From contig JBCCQY010000012.1 in NCBI GenBank assembly GCA_039208735.1, positions 1 through 64,000 on the forward strand: a DNA stretch of 64,000 bases, given 5' to 3'. A program made the position numbers and the translations under genes. Under the pieces are notes generated by a model. It ran no database searches and was not told where the DNA came from. It worked only from the letters and a program-made list of their open reading frames with translations. This DNA is from Myxococcota bacterium (GTDB taxonomy: Bacteria > Myxococcota_A > UBA796 > GCA-2862545). The stretch's first letter is position 1, and the number at the start of each line of letters is the position of its first letter. Below are positions 1 to 9,522 of this stretch, one piece after another.

Positions 1-2
1 AC

Positions 3-449
3 CCCTTAGGTGTCGTCTATTGGAACATCCTCCGCATCTCGGCCGTGGTCAGCCCTGTCGTGATGGGCGGGCTGTGGCTTGCCGATCGTCCCGGCCGGTT
101 GGCGGCGTCCGCGAAGGTCCCGCCGTCCGCGGAGCCGATGAGGCTCCAGGCTCGCGATGCCTCGGGAATGCGCTGGTTTGACGTGAGCGACATCACCCGG
201 CTGTACGCAACCGACAAGTATGTGGCCTTTCGGATGGAAGGAAGAGAATATTTGCTCGATGAGAGCCTGACCGCTCTCGCCGAACGGTTGGCCGCCGCGG
301 GCTTTTTGCGAACCCATCGAAGTGAACTCGTCAATCGACGCCATGTTCAGGCCTTCGAAGGGTCCACCCTCGTGCTGTCGGACGGCCAGCAGGCCCGAGT
401 TTCACGACGTGCGGCGGCTCGCGTCCGACGCGCGCTCAGCGATCGGTGA
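3..449 (+). CDS. LytTR DNA-binding domain protein, 5'-partial, with a hydrophobic segment before the domain
   Basis: Frame is open from the window edge; LytTR motifs 'DKYVAFRMEGREYLLDESLTAL..L..FLRTHRSELVN' and 'ARVSRR'. Confidence 0.8.
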   Translation, partial: PLGVVYWNILRISAVVSPVVMGGLWLADRPGRLAASAKVPPSAEPMRLQARDASGMRWFDVSDITRLYATDKYVAFRMEGREYLLDESLTALAERLAAAGFLRTHRSELVNRRHVQAFEGSTLVLSDGQQARVSRRAAARVRRALSDR

Positions 450-722
450 TCGAACCGGTCGCTCCGCGATGGGCTGTCGGGGCGCTACGCGACGGGCCTC
501 TCCGCTTCGGGGGGGGCGCGTGCGCATAGCTTGACGGCCTCCGTTCGAGTGTTGCCACGCGTAACTGAAGGTGGTGATGAGGGCATAGAACAGCCCGGCT
601 ACGGCACCGGTGATCAGCGCTTCCCACGACGGCCCGCCGTCCCACACCACACTGATGAGCATCCAGATCGCCGCGAAAACAACGATCAGCCGGGGGCCGA
701 TCGGCAGGGGAAGTCGCGTCAT
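402..722 (-). CDS. Small two-TM hypothetical membrane protein
   Basis: MTRLPLPIGPRLIVVFAAIW... with two hydrophobic segments; GAGG upstream; 3' end overlaps the LytTR gene. Confidence 0.45.
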   Translation of the reverse strand: MTRLPLPIGPRLIVVFAAIWMLISVVWDGGPSWEALITGAVAGLFYALITTFSYAWQHSNGGRQAMRTRPPRSGEARRVAPRQPIAERPVRSPIAERASDASRRTS

Positions 723-854
723 CCTGTCACCTCTCGTGGCCCGGTATCCCGAACGCGAGTCTTGCTTTGTGCACAACGTCCGCCTCGTGTGCGACGGTGG
801 GTTTCGGTAGCGCTATTCGGAGGAGTCGGTGTCATGGGGAACGGAGGGAACTCG

Positions 855-2141
855 ATGCGAACACGGATGCTGGGACTGCTTGTCGCGGTGGCTTGCGGGG
901 GAAATGCTGCGGACGCGCCGACCTTCACGGATGTCGGACCGATCTACGAGGCGCGATGCGTTGCCTGTCACCAGGAAGGCGGCATTGGGCCCTTCCGACT
1001 CGATGACTACGAAAGCGCCAAGACGTGGGCCGAGGCGTCAGTCATGGCCACCGCAGACCGCTCGATGCCACCCTTCCTCGTCGTGGGAGATGGTTCGTGT
1101 GGGGAGTTTGAGGACAGTCAGTGGCTCACGGACGACGAACTCGCGACGATCGCGGATTGGTCCGCCGCAGGCGCTCCGGAAGGGGACGGGTTTTCGTTTA
1201 CCGAACAGGAGCTTCCTGCTCTCTCGGGTGAAACCATCGAGCTTTCGACCCCCGAATTCTCGCCGGAGATCGTGGGTGGAGCCTACGCCGAGTTCGACGA
1301 GTACCGCTGCTTTGCCGTCGATCTTCCCATCGATGGGGATCGCTTCTTGACCGGCTACGAAGTGTTTCCGGGCAACGAAGCCATTGTCCACCACGTCATC
1401 GGGATGCCCGTCGACTACGACGAGACCGGTTGGTCGGGCCGCCAGACGAATGGTGAGATCATCGCGGAACTTTCCGAAGAAGGCCGGGATGGCTGGCCGT
1501 GCTTCGAGGGGGCCGGCGATGGAGTGTCGTTCAGCGGAGAGGTCATCTCGTGGGCGCCTGGCCAGGGGGCGGTCGAATACCCCGAGGGTGCGGGGGTTCG
1601 CGTCGGTGCCTCGACCAAGATGGTGTTCCAGGTCCACTACAACCTGGTCAACCCCGAGGTTCGCGGACAGTCCGATCAAACGTCGGTTGCGGTTCGCCTT
1701 GAAGAAGAAGTCGACAACGAAGCCTTCGTGTTGCTGCCGGATCTCTTCTTGGCCGGGGAAGCGAGTGTGACCCAGATTCCGCCTGGCCAAAAGGAGGCAT
1801 CGGTCACCTCCGTGCTTCCGGTGAGCTGGATTGTCGATCTTCCCGTCGACCTTCAAATCATCGGCATCCTGCCTCACATGCACGAACGCGGCCGCCAGAT
1901 GTCGGTGGAGTTCGAACGGCAGGACGGCACAAAGGAGTGCGTCGCCCAGGTCACCAACTGGGACTTCGAGTGGCAGCGCATCTACTTCTACGAGACGCCG
2001 GTGCGGTTCAATAGCGCCGACACGCTGCTCACGGAGTGCATCTACGATACGTCGAGCGACACCGAACCGGTGTTGCCCGGGTGGGGCACGCAAAACGAGA
2101 TGTGCCTGCCCGGCGTGATGGTCACCCTGGCACCGCTCTAG
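855..2141 (+). CDS. Copper type II ascorbate-dependent monooxygenase-like lipoprotein with N-terminal c-type heme motif
   Basis: GGAGGG RBS; lipobox VAVAC; CVACH; Cu ligands VHHV, PHMH, NEMC; WAPG and QVHY motifs. Confidence 0.8.
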   Translation: MRTRMLGLLVAVACGGNAADAPTFTDVGPIYEARCVACHQEGGIGPFRLDDYESAKTWAEASVMATADRSMPPFLVVGDGSCGEFEDSQWLTDDELATIADWSAAGAPEGDGFSFTEQELPALSGETIELSTPEFSPEIVGGAYAEFDEYRCFAVDLPIDGDRFLTGYEVFPGNEAIVHHVIGMPVDYDETGWSGRQTNGEIIAELSEEGRDGWPCFEGAGDGVSFSGEVISWAPGQGAVEYPEGAGVRVGASTKMVFQVHYNLVNPEVRGQSDQTSVAVRLEEEVDNEAFVLLPDLFLAGEASVTQIPPGQKEASVTSVLPVSWIVDLPVDLQIIGILPHMHERGRQMSVEFERQDGTKECVAQVTNWDFEWQRIYFYETPVRFNSADTLLTECIYDTSSDTEPVLPGWGTQNEMCLPGVMVTLAPL

Positions 2142-2145
2142 GCCG

Positions 2146-3201
2146 CTACTGTTCGGCCTTTGCGGGGCCCGGGTTGAACTGAAGCGGGTCGGTGGCCTTG
2201 CCACCGATTCGCACGGTGAAGTGAAGGTGTGGCCCGGTTGAGCGACCGGTGTTGCCGCTAAGGGCGATAGCGGCGCCACGTTCGGTGATGGTGCCCACCT
2301 CAACCTCGGCTTTTTGCAGGTGCAGATAGGCGGTCCGAACGCCGTAGCCATGGTCGATGACCACATAGCGGCCGCTGGTATCGCTTTCGCCTACGACCAC
2401 GACCTCACCGGATTGGGCTGCGTACACCGGCGTTCCCTCGTCCACCGCCAGATCGATGCCATTGTGGTGCTTCTTGCGCTTGAGCACGGGATGCATGCGC
2501 ATGCCGAATTTGGAACTCAAGCGGTGTTTGTCGCGGATCGGCCATTCGAAGTCGAGTGCCGTGGCCAAGGCCACCGTGTTGCCGACAAACCGATCGGCGC
2601 GTCGGGCCACCGGGCCGGGCAAGTAGCGCCGATAGCCCTCGTACTGTCTCGGATCGGGATCGTTGGCGGCGACCGCACGGCCCATGGCCCGCTCGCGGAG
2701 TTCGGGGCCTAGGGCGGCGAGTTCGAGCACGATCTTCGCATCGCCGTACTCTTTCCACATGCCGTCGAGTTCGGCGAGGGCGGTGGTTGCGTTGACCGAG
2801 GTTCCTCGCTCCTTCAGAGCGGCGGAGAGCGCATCGGGCATGCCCAGGGACAGGCTCGTTCGCACTGCGGTGCGCCAGGGTTCCGGTAAGGCGCCCTCGC
2901 CGCCTTGCGGGGGTTCGGACTCAGGCGGCAAGAGTTCGACGTTCGAGAGGTCCGCTCCGATCATGCCGTGCGAGAAATAGGAGGTCATGGGCGGTAACTC
3001 GCTCGAGATGCCGAGTGCCCATTGCGCGCCATGGCTGGCGAGCCCCCCGAGCGGGGTGCGGGACACGACCGCGATGAACAGTCCCACCATGACCAACAGA
3101 TCGACCAGGCCTCCTCGGCCTGACCCCTCAGGGGCGGTTGGGCGCCAGGCGGTTCGTTGCCCCAGGCGTTCGATTCCTTCGCGAATGAGGCTCACATCCA
3201 C
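2146..3201 (-). CDS. M23 family metallopeptidase, membrane-anchored
   Basis: HHNGID, SGNTGRSTGPHLHF; N-terminal TM; GTG start overlapping the upstream stop. Confidence 0.9.
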   Translation of the reverse strand: MDVSLIREGIERLGQRTAWRPTAPEGSGRGGLVDLLVMVGLFIAVVSRTPLGGLASHGAQWALGISSELPPMTSYFSHGMIGADLSNVELLPPESEPPQGGEGALPEPWRTAVRTSLSLGMPDALSAALKERGTSVNATTALAELDGMWKEYGDAKIVLELAALGPELRERAMGRAVAANDPDPRQYEGYRRYLPGPVARRADRFVGNTVALATALDFEWPIRDKHRLSSKFGMRMHPVLKRKKHHNGIDLAVDEGTPVYAAQSGEVVVVGESDTSGRYVVIDHGYGVRTAYLHLQKAEVEVGTITERGAAIALSGNTGRSTGPHLHFTVRIGGKATDPLQFNPGPAKAEQ

Positions 3202-3803
3202 CCCCACAACGGCAGCCCGTGCCGAATCGCGAGTGCGGTGACGCCTCCGACGAGCGGCACCCAAGGCCATCCCTCTGACCAATGCTTAGGCTTTGGTGAG
3301 TGTCGGGTGACCTGCCACCATCCCGTCAACCCGGCGCGCCACGCGACAATCCCCGCCGCGATCCACCCCAGCGCTTGCATGGCCCCTGGCCACCAGCCAA
3401 GCCAAGGGGCAAGCGCATCCTCCACCACCATCTCGACGACCCAGGCGCCTGCGAAGGCCACCGGAAGCCAGCCTAAGGCGGCGACCACGAGGTTGACGTG
3501 AAGTCGTTGGGCCCATGGCGTGTTGTCACGCTGGCCGAATTGGGCGTTCATCAGGGTCGTTCCGGCCCAGACGATCGTGGCGAATTCACACCCCAGCGCC
3601 ACCCAGGTGCCCACGGTGAGCGGCCATTCGGGCTCGGGCCAGGGAATGGGGGCTGCGCCTAACCACTGGCCCAGATGGTCATCCAGCCGGTCGCTCGCCA
3701 GGTGGATGCCCAAGATCATGATGAAGAGTTGGCCGAACAACAGCAAGACCGGCCGCGATCGACCGATCCAATCGTCGAGTGTCTGCAATATGCGCATCGG
3801 CAC
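3192..3803 (-). CDS. Hypothetical Trp-rich integral membrane protein
   Basis: ~5 hydrophobic segments; AGGAGG RBS; coupled to the M23 gene. Confidence 0.7.
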   Translation of the reverse strand: MPMRILQTLDDWIGRSRPVLLLFGQLFIMILGIHLASDRLDDHLGQWLGAAPIPWPEPEWPLTVGTWVALGCEFATIVWAGTTLMNAQFGQRDNTPWAQRLHVNLVVAALGWLPVAFAGAWVVEMVVEDALAPWLGWWPGAMQALGWIAAGIVAWRAGLTGWWQVTRHSPKPKHWSEGWPWVPLVGGVTALAIRHGLPLWGWM

Positions 3804-3912
3804 CTCCTACCCAAATTGCGACTACGGCACATCGTGCGATGATGTTGCGTTGGTGGGGGCGAAAATCGTGAAAGTTCGATTGGACGGCGGGCGCAGGTCC
3901 ACGGTCGGCAGG

Positions 3913-5124
3913 TCAACGGGGATCAACAGCTCTGTCGCGGGGAGGCGATTGGGCCAGGGCTTCGCGGGTTGCCTCGACGACCGTGTCGATTTCGTGCAGC
4001 CCGTTGGGCCAATGGGGAGACAAGCGCAGCCAGCCGTCCGGGGTGCTTACGCTGACGCCTCGGTCGCCCAAGGCGTCGGCGAGGGCTTTGAGTTCGACCC
4101 CCGGTGGCGGGCGGAACGAAAGGGTGCCCGATCGCGCCTGGGGATCTGCGGCCCGTCCTGAGATCAGGCCCAAGGCCTGCAGTGGCGGCTCAAGCGCATC
4201 GTGCAGGGTCTGCAGATGGTTTTCGATGGCCGGAAAGCCAAGTTGTGCGAGCAATGTCACCGAGGCGTGAAGGCCCGCAAAGGCAGCCGTAGTTTGCACC
4301 CCGCCTTCCATCCAATCGAGAGATGTGCGCACCGCGCGGTCGTAGCGCAGGTGGCCCTGGCCTTCGAACAGGAACCCCAAGGGATCTTCGACCGAAAGCC
4401 ACCCTGCAGTAAGCGGCTTCAGCCGTGCGCGGGCCGCCTCACTGGCGTAGGCGGTGGCCAGGCCATCGACGCTCATCCACCACTTGTGTGTACCGGCGAC
4501 CAAGTAGTCGACATGATCGAGATCGACAGCGAGGGCGCCCAAGGCCTGCACCCCATCGACGAACAGCTCGGCGTCGTGCGCGTGCGCGAGCTGGCCCAAC
4601 GCGGTGAGGGGCATGCGCAGGCCGGTGGCGAATTGCACCGCGCTCACCGCAACGAGCCGTACCGGCTCGGTTTTGAGGGTGGCCTCGACCCGCTCCAGAC
4701 CGGCCCCAGAGCCATCGCCAAACCCGTCGAGGGGTAGCGAGAGCACCCGCGCACCGAACCGAGCCGCCGTAGCTATCCACGGGGTCACATTGCTTGGGAA
4801 TTCACCTTCGAAAACGACAATCACGTCTCCGGGCTTCCAGTCGATGGCGAGCGCGATGTCGACGATTCCTCGAGTGGTTCCTGGAGGAAACCCCAAACTC
4901 GCGGGTGCAACGCCCAGGAGTTCGGCGAGGTCTTCGCGCAACGCCTCGCGGGCTCGCATCCATCGGCCGACCGCCCCAATCCCCTCCGCCGCGAAGTCGT
5001 CGACGGCATGTCGGGCCGCCTCGACAACGGGCTGGGAAAGGGGGCTCACCGCAGCATGATTGAGGTAGACCCTGGGACGGAGGGTCGGAAACAGAGAACG
5101 GTCGCCAAGGACGGGAACGGGCAT
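3913..5124 (-). CDS. Aminotransferase class V-fold PLP-dependent enzyme
   Basis: YLNHAAVSP, FVDGVQALG, GTHKW (PLP Lys), RLSPH. Confidence 0.9.
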   Translation of the reverse strand: MPVPVLGDRSLFPTLRPRVYLNHAAVSPLSQPVVEAARHAVDDFAAEGIGAVGRWMRAREALREDLAELLGVAPASLGFPPGTTRGIVDIALAIDWKPGDVIVVFEGEFPSNVTPWIATAARFGARVLSLPLDGFGDGSGAGLERVEATLKTEPVRLVAVSAVQFATGLRMPLTALGQLAHAHDAELFVDGVQALGALAVDLDHVDYLVAGTHKWWMSVDGLATAYASEAARARLKPLTAGWLSVEDPLGFLFEGQGHLRYDRAVRTSLDWMEGGVQTTAAFAGLHASVTLLAQLGFPAIENHLQTLHDALEPPLQALGLISGRAADPQARSGTLSFRPPPGVELKALADALGDRGVSVSTPDGWLRLSPHWPNGLHEIDTVVEATREALAQSPPRDRAVDPR

Positions 5125-5141
5125 CACGCCGCTGTATCCGC

Positions 5142-6350
5142 CTAAGGCTGGGTCGCCTGCCGATCCTGGAGCCATTGTCGGGCCGCAGGGTCTTGCGTGA
5201 GCGCGATCGCTTTTTCGTAGGCTTCGTCTGCTTTGGGATCCCCAGCACGACGGAGCAAATCCGCCCGCACGGCCCACCAGGGTTGGTGCTGTTGCAGCTG
5301 CGGCGCGTTCATCGTGTCGAGGCAGGTCAGACCAGCCTTGGGACCATGCAGGGTCGCCATCGCAGCGGCATGCCCCAACGCTGCACCCACCGTTCCCGTG
5401 AGTTCAACCAGCGTCGCGTACAGCTCTACGACTTCGGCTCGCGTGTCCACACCATCGCGATGTCGCGCCACATGACACGACTGGATGGCGGCTTCGAGCT
5501 GGAAGCGGCCCAGTACCGCGTGCGGGGCGGCTCGACGAAGGGCCTTTTCGGCCTGTTGGATCCGACCCGCATCCCAAGCCGTCGGGTCTTGCTGATCGAG
5601 CGGAACGTAGCCGCCTTCTGAGTCACGGCGGGCGATGCGACGGGCATCGACGTGGCAGAGAAGGGCGAGGAGCCCAAGGGCCTCCGGCTCATCAGGAAGC
5701 AAGCCCGTCACCACTTCGGCGAGGTGGAGGGCTTCTCGGTGGCGATCTTGGGCCAAGGTGGGGTCTTCCGGTGCCGCGCCGAGGTCGAAGTCTCGGGCGA
5801 ATGCCGCGTAGATCGCATCCAGGACCGCAGCTAGACGCGGGGCCCAATGTTCACGTTCGGGGACTTCGAAGGGGATTCCGGCCCGTTTGATCTTCTGTTT
5901 GGCACGGACCAATCGCTTGGCCATGCTCGCCGGCGAAACGAGAAAGGCGCGTGCGATGGTGGCCGCGTCTAGCCCCAGCACCACCTGCAGCATCAGAGGA
6001 GTGCGGGCGGCCACGTCGATGGCAGGGTGGGCACAGACGAAGAGCAGCGGCAGTCGTTCGTCGGTCTCGGGGACCTCGGTGGCTCGCATGATCAGAGTCT
6101 CCACAGCTCGCTCCCGCACTTGGGCGTGGCGGCCTTGGTCGACCAGCCGGCGCCGGGCCACCGCAAGCAGCCAGGCGTCGGGCTGGTCGGGAATGCCGCG
6201 TTCGGGCCACGTCCGCAGGGCGGCCGCAAACGCCTCGGAAAGGGCGTCCTCACAGGCCACGAGGTCGCGGGACCGCACCGCGAGGTACGCGAGCAAGCGT
6301 CCGTACGACGTGCGTGCGGTGCGGGCCACCGCCTCGTGGGCGGTGGTCAA
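5142..6350 (-). CDS. ECF RNA polymerase sigma factor with C-terminal TPR-like extension (ECF42/DUF6596 type)
   Basis: EDALSEAFAAALRTWPERGIP..P.AWL, LLFVCAHPA, KRLVRAK, YVPLDQQD..WD, FQLEAAI; coupled to YciI. Confidence 0.9.
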   Translation of the reverse strand: MTTAHEAVARTARTSYGRLLAYLAVRSRDLVACEDALSEAFAAALRTWPERGIPDQPDAWLLAVARRRLVDQGRHAQVRERAVETLIMRATEVPETDERLPLLFVCAHPAIDVAARTPLMLQVVLGLDAATIARAFLVSPASMAKRLVRAKQKIKRAGIPFEVPEREHWAPRLAAVLDAIYAAFARDFDLGAAPEDPTLAQDRHREALHLAEVVTGLLPDEPEALGLLALLCHVDARRIARRDSEGGYVPLDQQDPTAWDAGRIQQAEKALRRAAPHAVLGRFQLEAAIQSCHVARHRDGVDTRAEVVELYATLVELTGTVGAALGHAAAMATLHGPKAGLTCLDTMNAPQLQQHQPWWAVRADLLRRAGDPKADEAYEKAIALTQDPAARQWLQDRQATQP

Positions 6351-6718
6351 TCGAGGCTCCGGGGAAGCACGGGTCGAACTTCGATGCGTCCCGTGCGAGC
6401 GGCGGGGCAACGGGCGGCCCATGCGATGGCGTCGTCCAGATCGTTGGCTTCGATGATGTAGAACCCGGCCAACTGGTCCTTGGTGTCCGCGAAGGGACCG
6501 TCCTGGATCTTCAGGGCCTGACCCGGCCGTGCGGCCACGGTCGTGGCCGTATGCGGCAGGTCGAGTCGCTCGCCTCCGCGCATCTTTCCTGCGGCGACCA
6601 GCGCATCGGTGTAGGCGCTATATCCGGCTTGAACCTCGGCTTGCTCGGGGCCATCGGTTTCGCGGATCTGCTGGTCGGCTTCACTTTCGTAGATGAGGAT
6701 GGCGTACTGCAGCGTCAC
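6347..6718 (-). CDS. YciI/DGPF family protein
   Basis: DGPFADTKDQLAGFYII and IEVRP motifs. Confidence 0.92.
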   Translation of the reverse strand: MTLQYAILIYESEADQQIRETDGPEQAEVQAGYSAYTDALVAAGKMRGGERLDLPHTATTVAARPGQALKIQDGPFADTKDQLAGFYIIEANDLDDAIAWAARCPAARTGRIEVRPVLPRSLD

Positions 6719-8139
6719 TTGGTCTCCGAGGGAGAGGACTGGAGCCACGCCATTGCGCTCGCCTCATCGGCGAACCGGCGTTCGGCAAAGTGGTCGTGCA
6801 CCGCCGGCATGTCGCCTGGCTCCCCAAATCCGATGTAGGCCATGCGACGGCTTCCCGCCGCGAGGTAGCGAGGCAGGATGACGCGGTCGCGCCAGCCCTC
6901 TTCGGGGGGAGGCCCCGGAAAGCGAAGCGCTTGCACGTCCACCAATAGCCCTTGGGGCCGGTACCGTTCCGTCACTGCGGCGTAGTGGGTCAGCGCCTCA
7001 CAGAAGCCCTGGGTCGTGAGGTCTTCGGTATCGGACGTCCAGCGGAACGCGAGGACCTTTCCGCCATGGGACAGCTCGAATCGGTACCCGCGGGCCTCGG
7101 CAACCACCTTGGCCTCCGGCTCGGGCCACGGATTCAGTACGATCTTGCCGGTGCTGGCTCGACCCTCGAGCAGGTCATGGGCTTCGGCGGCACGCGTCAG
7201 AGGCAAGACATGGCCGACGGGCGCTTCGACCTTGCCTTCGGCGATCCAGCCGATCAGCGATTGCATGGCCGCTTGGGCCCACTGGGGACGCAATCCAAAA
7301 ACCAATCCGAGGTTGAACGCGGTCACCGTTTGGCCAAGCGCTGGCGTTGAAAGCCATTGATCGAGCGTGTCCTGCTTGAAGGCGCGAACGTCGTTTCCTG
7401 CGCTGCCGTACACGATGGCCCGTCCGAAGGGGGCAAGCCAGGCCATTCCTCGGTCCAGCCAGGTTCCACCCGCCATCTCGAAGAGCACATCCACCCCATT
7501 GGGCGCAGCTTCCCGGATGCTCGCATCGAGATCGGAAGCTGCGGGGTCCAGCGCAACGTCTGCCCCGAGCCTTCGTGCGGTGGCCCGCTTCGCTTCCGTA
7601 CTCGCCAGCGCAATCACCTTCCCCGCGCCAAGCACCTTCGCAACCTGGACGAGGAGCGAGCCCACCCCGCCCGCGGCCGCGGGAACCAATACCGTCTCAC
7701 CGGGCTCGAGCCGAGCGACGTTGCGGAGCATCGACACGGCGGTCACCCCCGTAATGATGAGGCCTGCCGCGACGTTGAGGTCGAACTGAGGGGGAATGGG
7801 GTTGGCCCGACTGGCGACCGCGATGGCGTACTGGGCGTAGCCCCCTTCGCCGCCCGTTCCCACCACCGCGAAGACCGGGGTCCCTACCGCCGGACCTTCG
7901 ACGTCGGGCCCGAGTGCATCCACGATGCCAGCCACCTCACCCCCGGGGATGTACGGGAACGTCGTGGGAAAGGGATAAGGAGAGGCCCTTCGACGCATGA
8001 CGTCGGAAAAGTTTACCGATGCGGCGACGACCCGGATGCGGACTTGGCCGGGACCCGGATCGGGCAGGGGAATGGAAACGGGTCGCAGCCCATCGGCCGG
8101 CCCCGCCGTTTCAGCTTGCATCGCAATCATCTCATTCAT
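6715..8139 (-). CDS. NADPH:quinone oxidoreductase (MDR, zeta-crystallin type) with C-terminal STAS/SEC14-like domain
   Basis: SVNFSD, PGGEVAG, AAAGGVG, STGKIVL, then a ~135-aa extension ending FADEASAMAWL; AAGGAG RBS. Confidence 0.88.
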   Translation of the reverse strand: MNEMIAMQAETAGPADGLRPVSIPLPDPGPGQVRIRVVAASVNFSDVMRRRASPYPFPTTFPYIPGGEVAGIVDALGPDVEGPAVGTPVFAVVGTGGEGGYAQYAIAVASRANPIPPQFDLNVAAGLIITGVTAVSMLRNVARLEPGETVLVPAAAGGVGSLLVQVAKVLGAGKVIALASTEAKRATARRLGADVALDPAASDLDASIREAAPNGVDVLFEMAGGTWLDRGMAWLAPFGRAIVYGSAGNDVRAFKQDTLDQWLSTPALGQTVTAFNLGLVFGLRPQWAQAAMQSLIGWIAEGKVEAPVGHVLPLTRAAEAHDLLEGRASTGKIVLNPWPEPEAKVVAEARGYRFELSHGGKVLAFRWTSDTEDLTTQGFCEALTHYAAVTERYRPQGLLVDVQALRFPGPPPEEGWRDRVILPRYLAAGSRRMAYIGFGEPGDMPAVHDHFAERRFADEASAMAWLQSSPSETK

Positions 8140-8250
8140 GACGGCTCCTTCGTGCTTTCGTCAAGGAGACGTGCGAGCTGGACCCTGATGGACATCAAAA
8201 CGAAATCGAGGTGGTATTCTGCCGCAGGTGGGACATCGCAAGGAGGTCTG

Positions 8251-9522
8251 GTGGCGGGAAAAACGCCTCCCGAGCCGATTTCGATCGGGCGGTACCGGGT
8301 CTTGCGATGGCTCCGGGACACCGCATTGGCGCACGTGTACCAATGTGAGCGGTTGATGGATGAGGCGTCGCCCGCGGTGGAACTCCATGTGCTGTCGGCG
8401 GAACACCACGAACAACCCAATAAGATCTCGCAATTCATCTCCCGAGGGCGGGTTGGGGCCCGACTCAAGCATCGAGGACTTCCCCGCATCCTCGAAGTCT
8501 CGGGAGCGGGCGAAGTGCCTTACGCCGTGCACGCATGGGTCGAGGGGCCGACCCTGCACCAACTACAGACCGAAAAGGGCTGGGGACGGTCCTTGGATCT
8601 GCGCATGGTGGTCCGGCTTGGCCTCGATGTCTCCGAGGCCCTGGCTCATGCGTTTCTCGCCGAAGATGTTCATGGGGAACCCATCGCCATGATTCATGGG
8701 GGGCTGTCGCCGGATCGGATTGTGATGGCCCCGGAAGGATTCGCCCGGGTCATCGACTTTGGTACGCCCGCCGGACCGCGGTACCACGCACCCGAAGTGT
8801 TGGCGGGAGCCACTTGGTCGGCACGGGCGGATGTCTACGCGCTCGGCGTGGTGCTCTACGCCTTGGTGACGGGACAGCATGCATGGCCCGGAACAGATGC
8901 CGACCCTCGGCGTACCGGACGATTGATCTCGCCGCGGACCATTCGAGCCGACGTGCCGCCCGACCTTGATTCGATCGTGCTGGGTTGCCTTGAGACCCGA
9001 CCCATCGATCGGCCGCGTGATGCGGTCGTGCTCGGCGAAATCCTCGCCGATTGGTTGCTCGATCACGGGGGGCCCGTCGACGATGCGGAACTGGCGGCAT
9101 GGGGCGTGGAGGACGCGCCTTCGGATGGCCCCCGGCTGGTCGGGGGAACCCGGCCCGGTGGGGCACGCCGCATTCGGGCCCCGTCGAGCACGTCCAGTGC
9201 CGAGGCACCGACTCGTCCGGCGCACCGAACGTCTCCCGAACCGCCGACCGCGCCGGATCTGTTGGCGACGATCCGAGACGAACCCGCACCCGGAGCAGAG
9301 GCGATTACGGTGCCGCATCCGGGCGCCATTGCGGCTCGTCTCGAAGCTGCAGGGGTCCTCAAACCCGAGGAGCGGTTCCGTCCCGTATGGGCGGCGGTCG
9401 CCCTGGTGGCGGTCGCCGCCGTAGGTGGCGTGGTCCTGGCGTGGTTCGGCCCTGCGCTCGGGCTACCTGCCGCCGATTTCGGAAGTCTCATCCAGCGTCT
9501 CGAAGCGTGGATGCCTCAGTAG
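8251..9522 (+). CDS. Ser/Thr protein kinase-like protein, probable pseudokinase, with C-terminal TM
   Basis: AGGAGG RBS then GTG; IGRY, IDFG, YHAPE, ADVYALG present; G-loop, VAIK and HRD degenerate. Confidence 0.8.
   Translation: MAGKTPPEPISIGRYRVLRWLRDTALAHVYQCERLMDEASPAVELHVLSAEHHEQPNKISQFISRGRVGARLKHRGLPRILEVSGAGEVPYAVHAWVEGPTLHQLQTEKGWGRSLDLRMVVRLGLDVSEALAHAFLAEDVHGEPIAMIHGGLSPDRIVMAPEGFARVIDFGTPAGPRYHAPEVLAGATWSARADVYALGVVLYALVTGQHAWPGTDADPRRTGRLISPRTIRADVPPDLDSIVLGCLETRPIDRPRDAVVLGEILADWLLDHGGPVDDAELAAWGVEDAPSDGPRLVGGTRPGGARRIRAPSSTSSAEAPTRPAHRTSPEPPTAPDLLATIRDEPAPGAEAITVPHPGAIAARLEAAGVLKPEERFRPVWAAVALVAVAAVGGVVLAWFGPALGLPAADFGSLIQRLEAWMPQ

Noticed and set aside
7357..8250. Apparent 300-aa N-terminal extension of the kinase-like ORF (721 aa in the track)
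   Set aside because: It is antisense to the QOR gene; AGGAGG + GTG at 8251 gives the sensible start.
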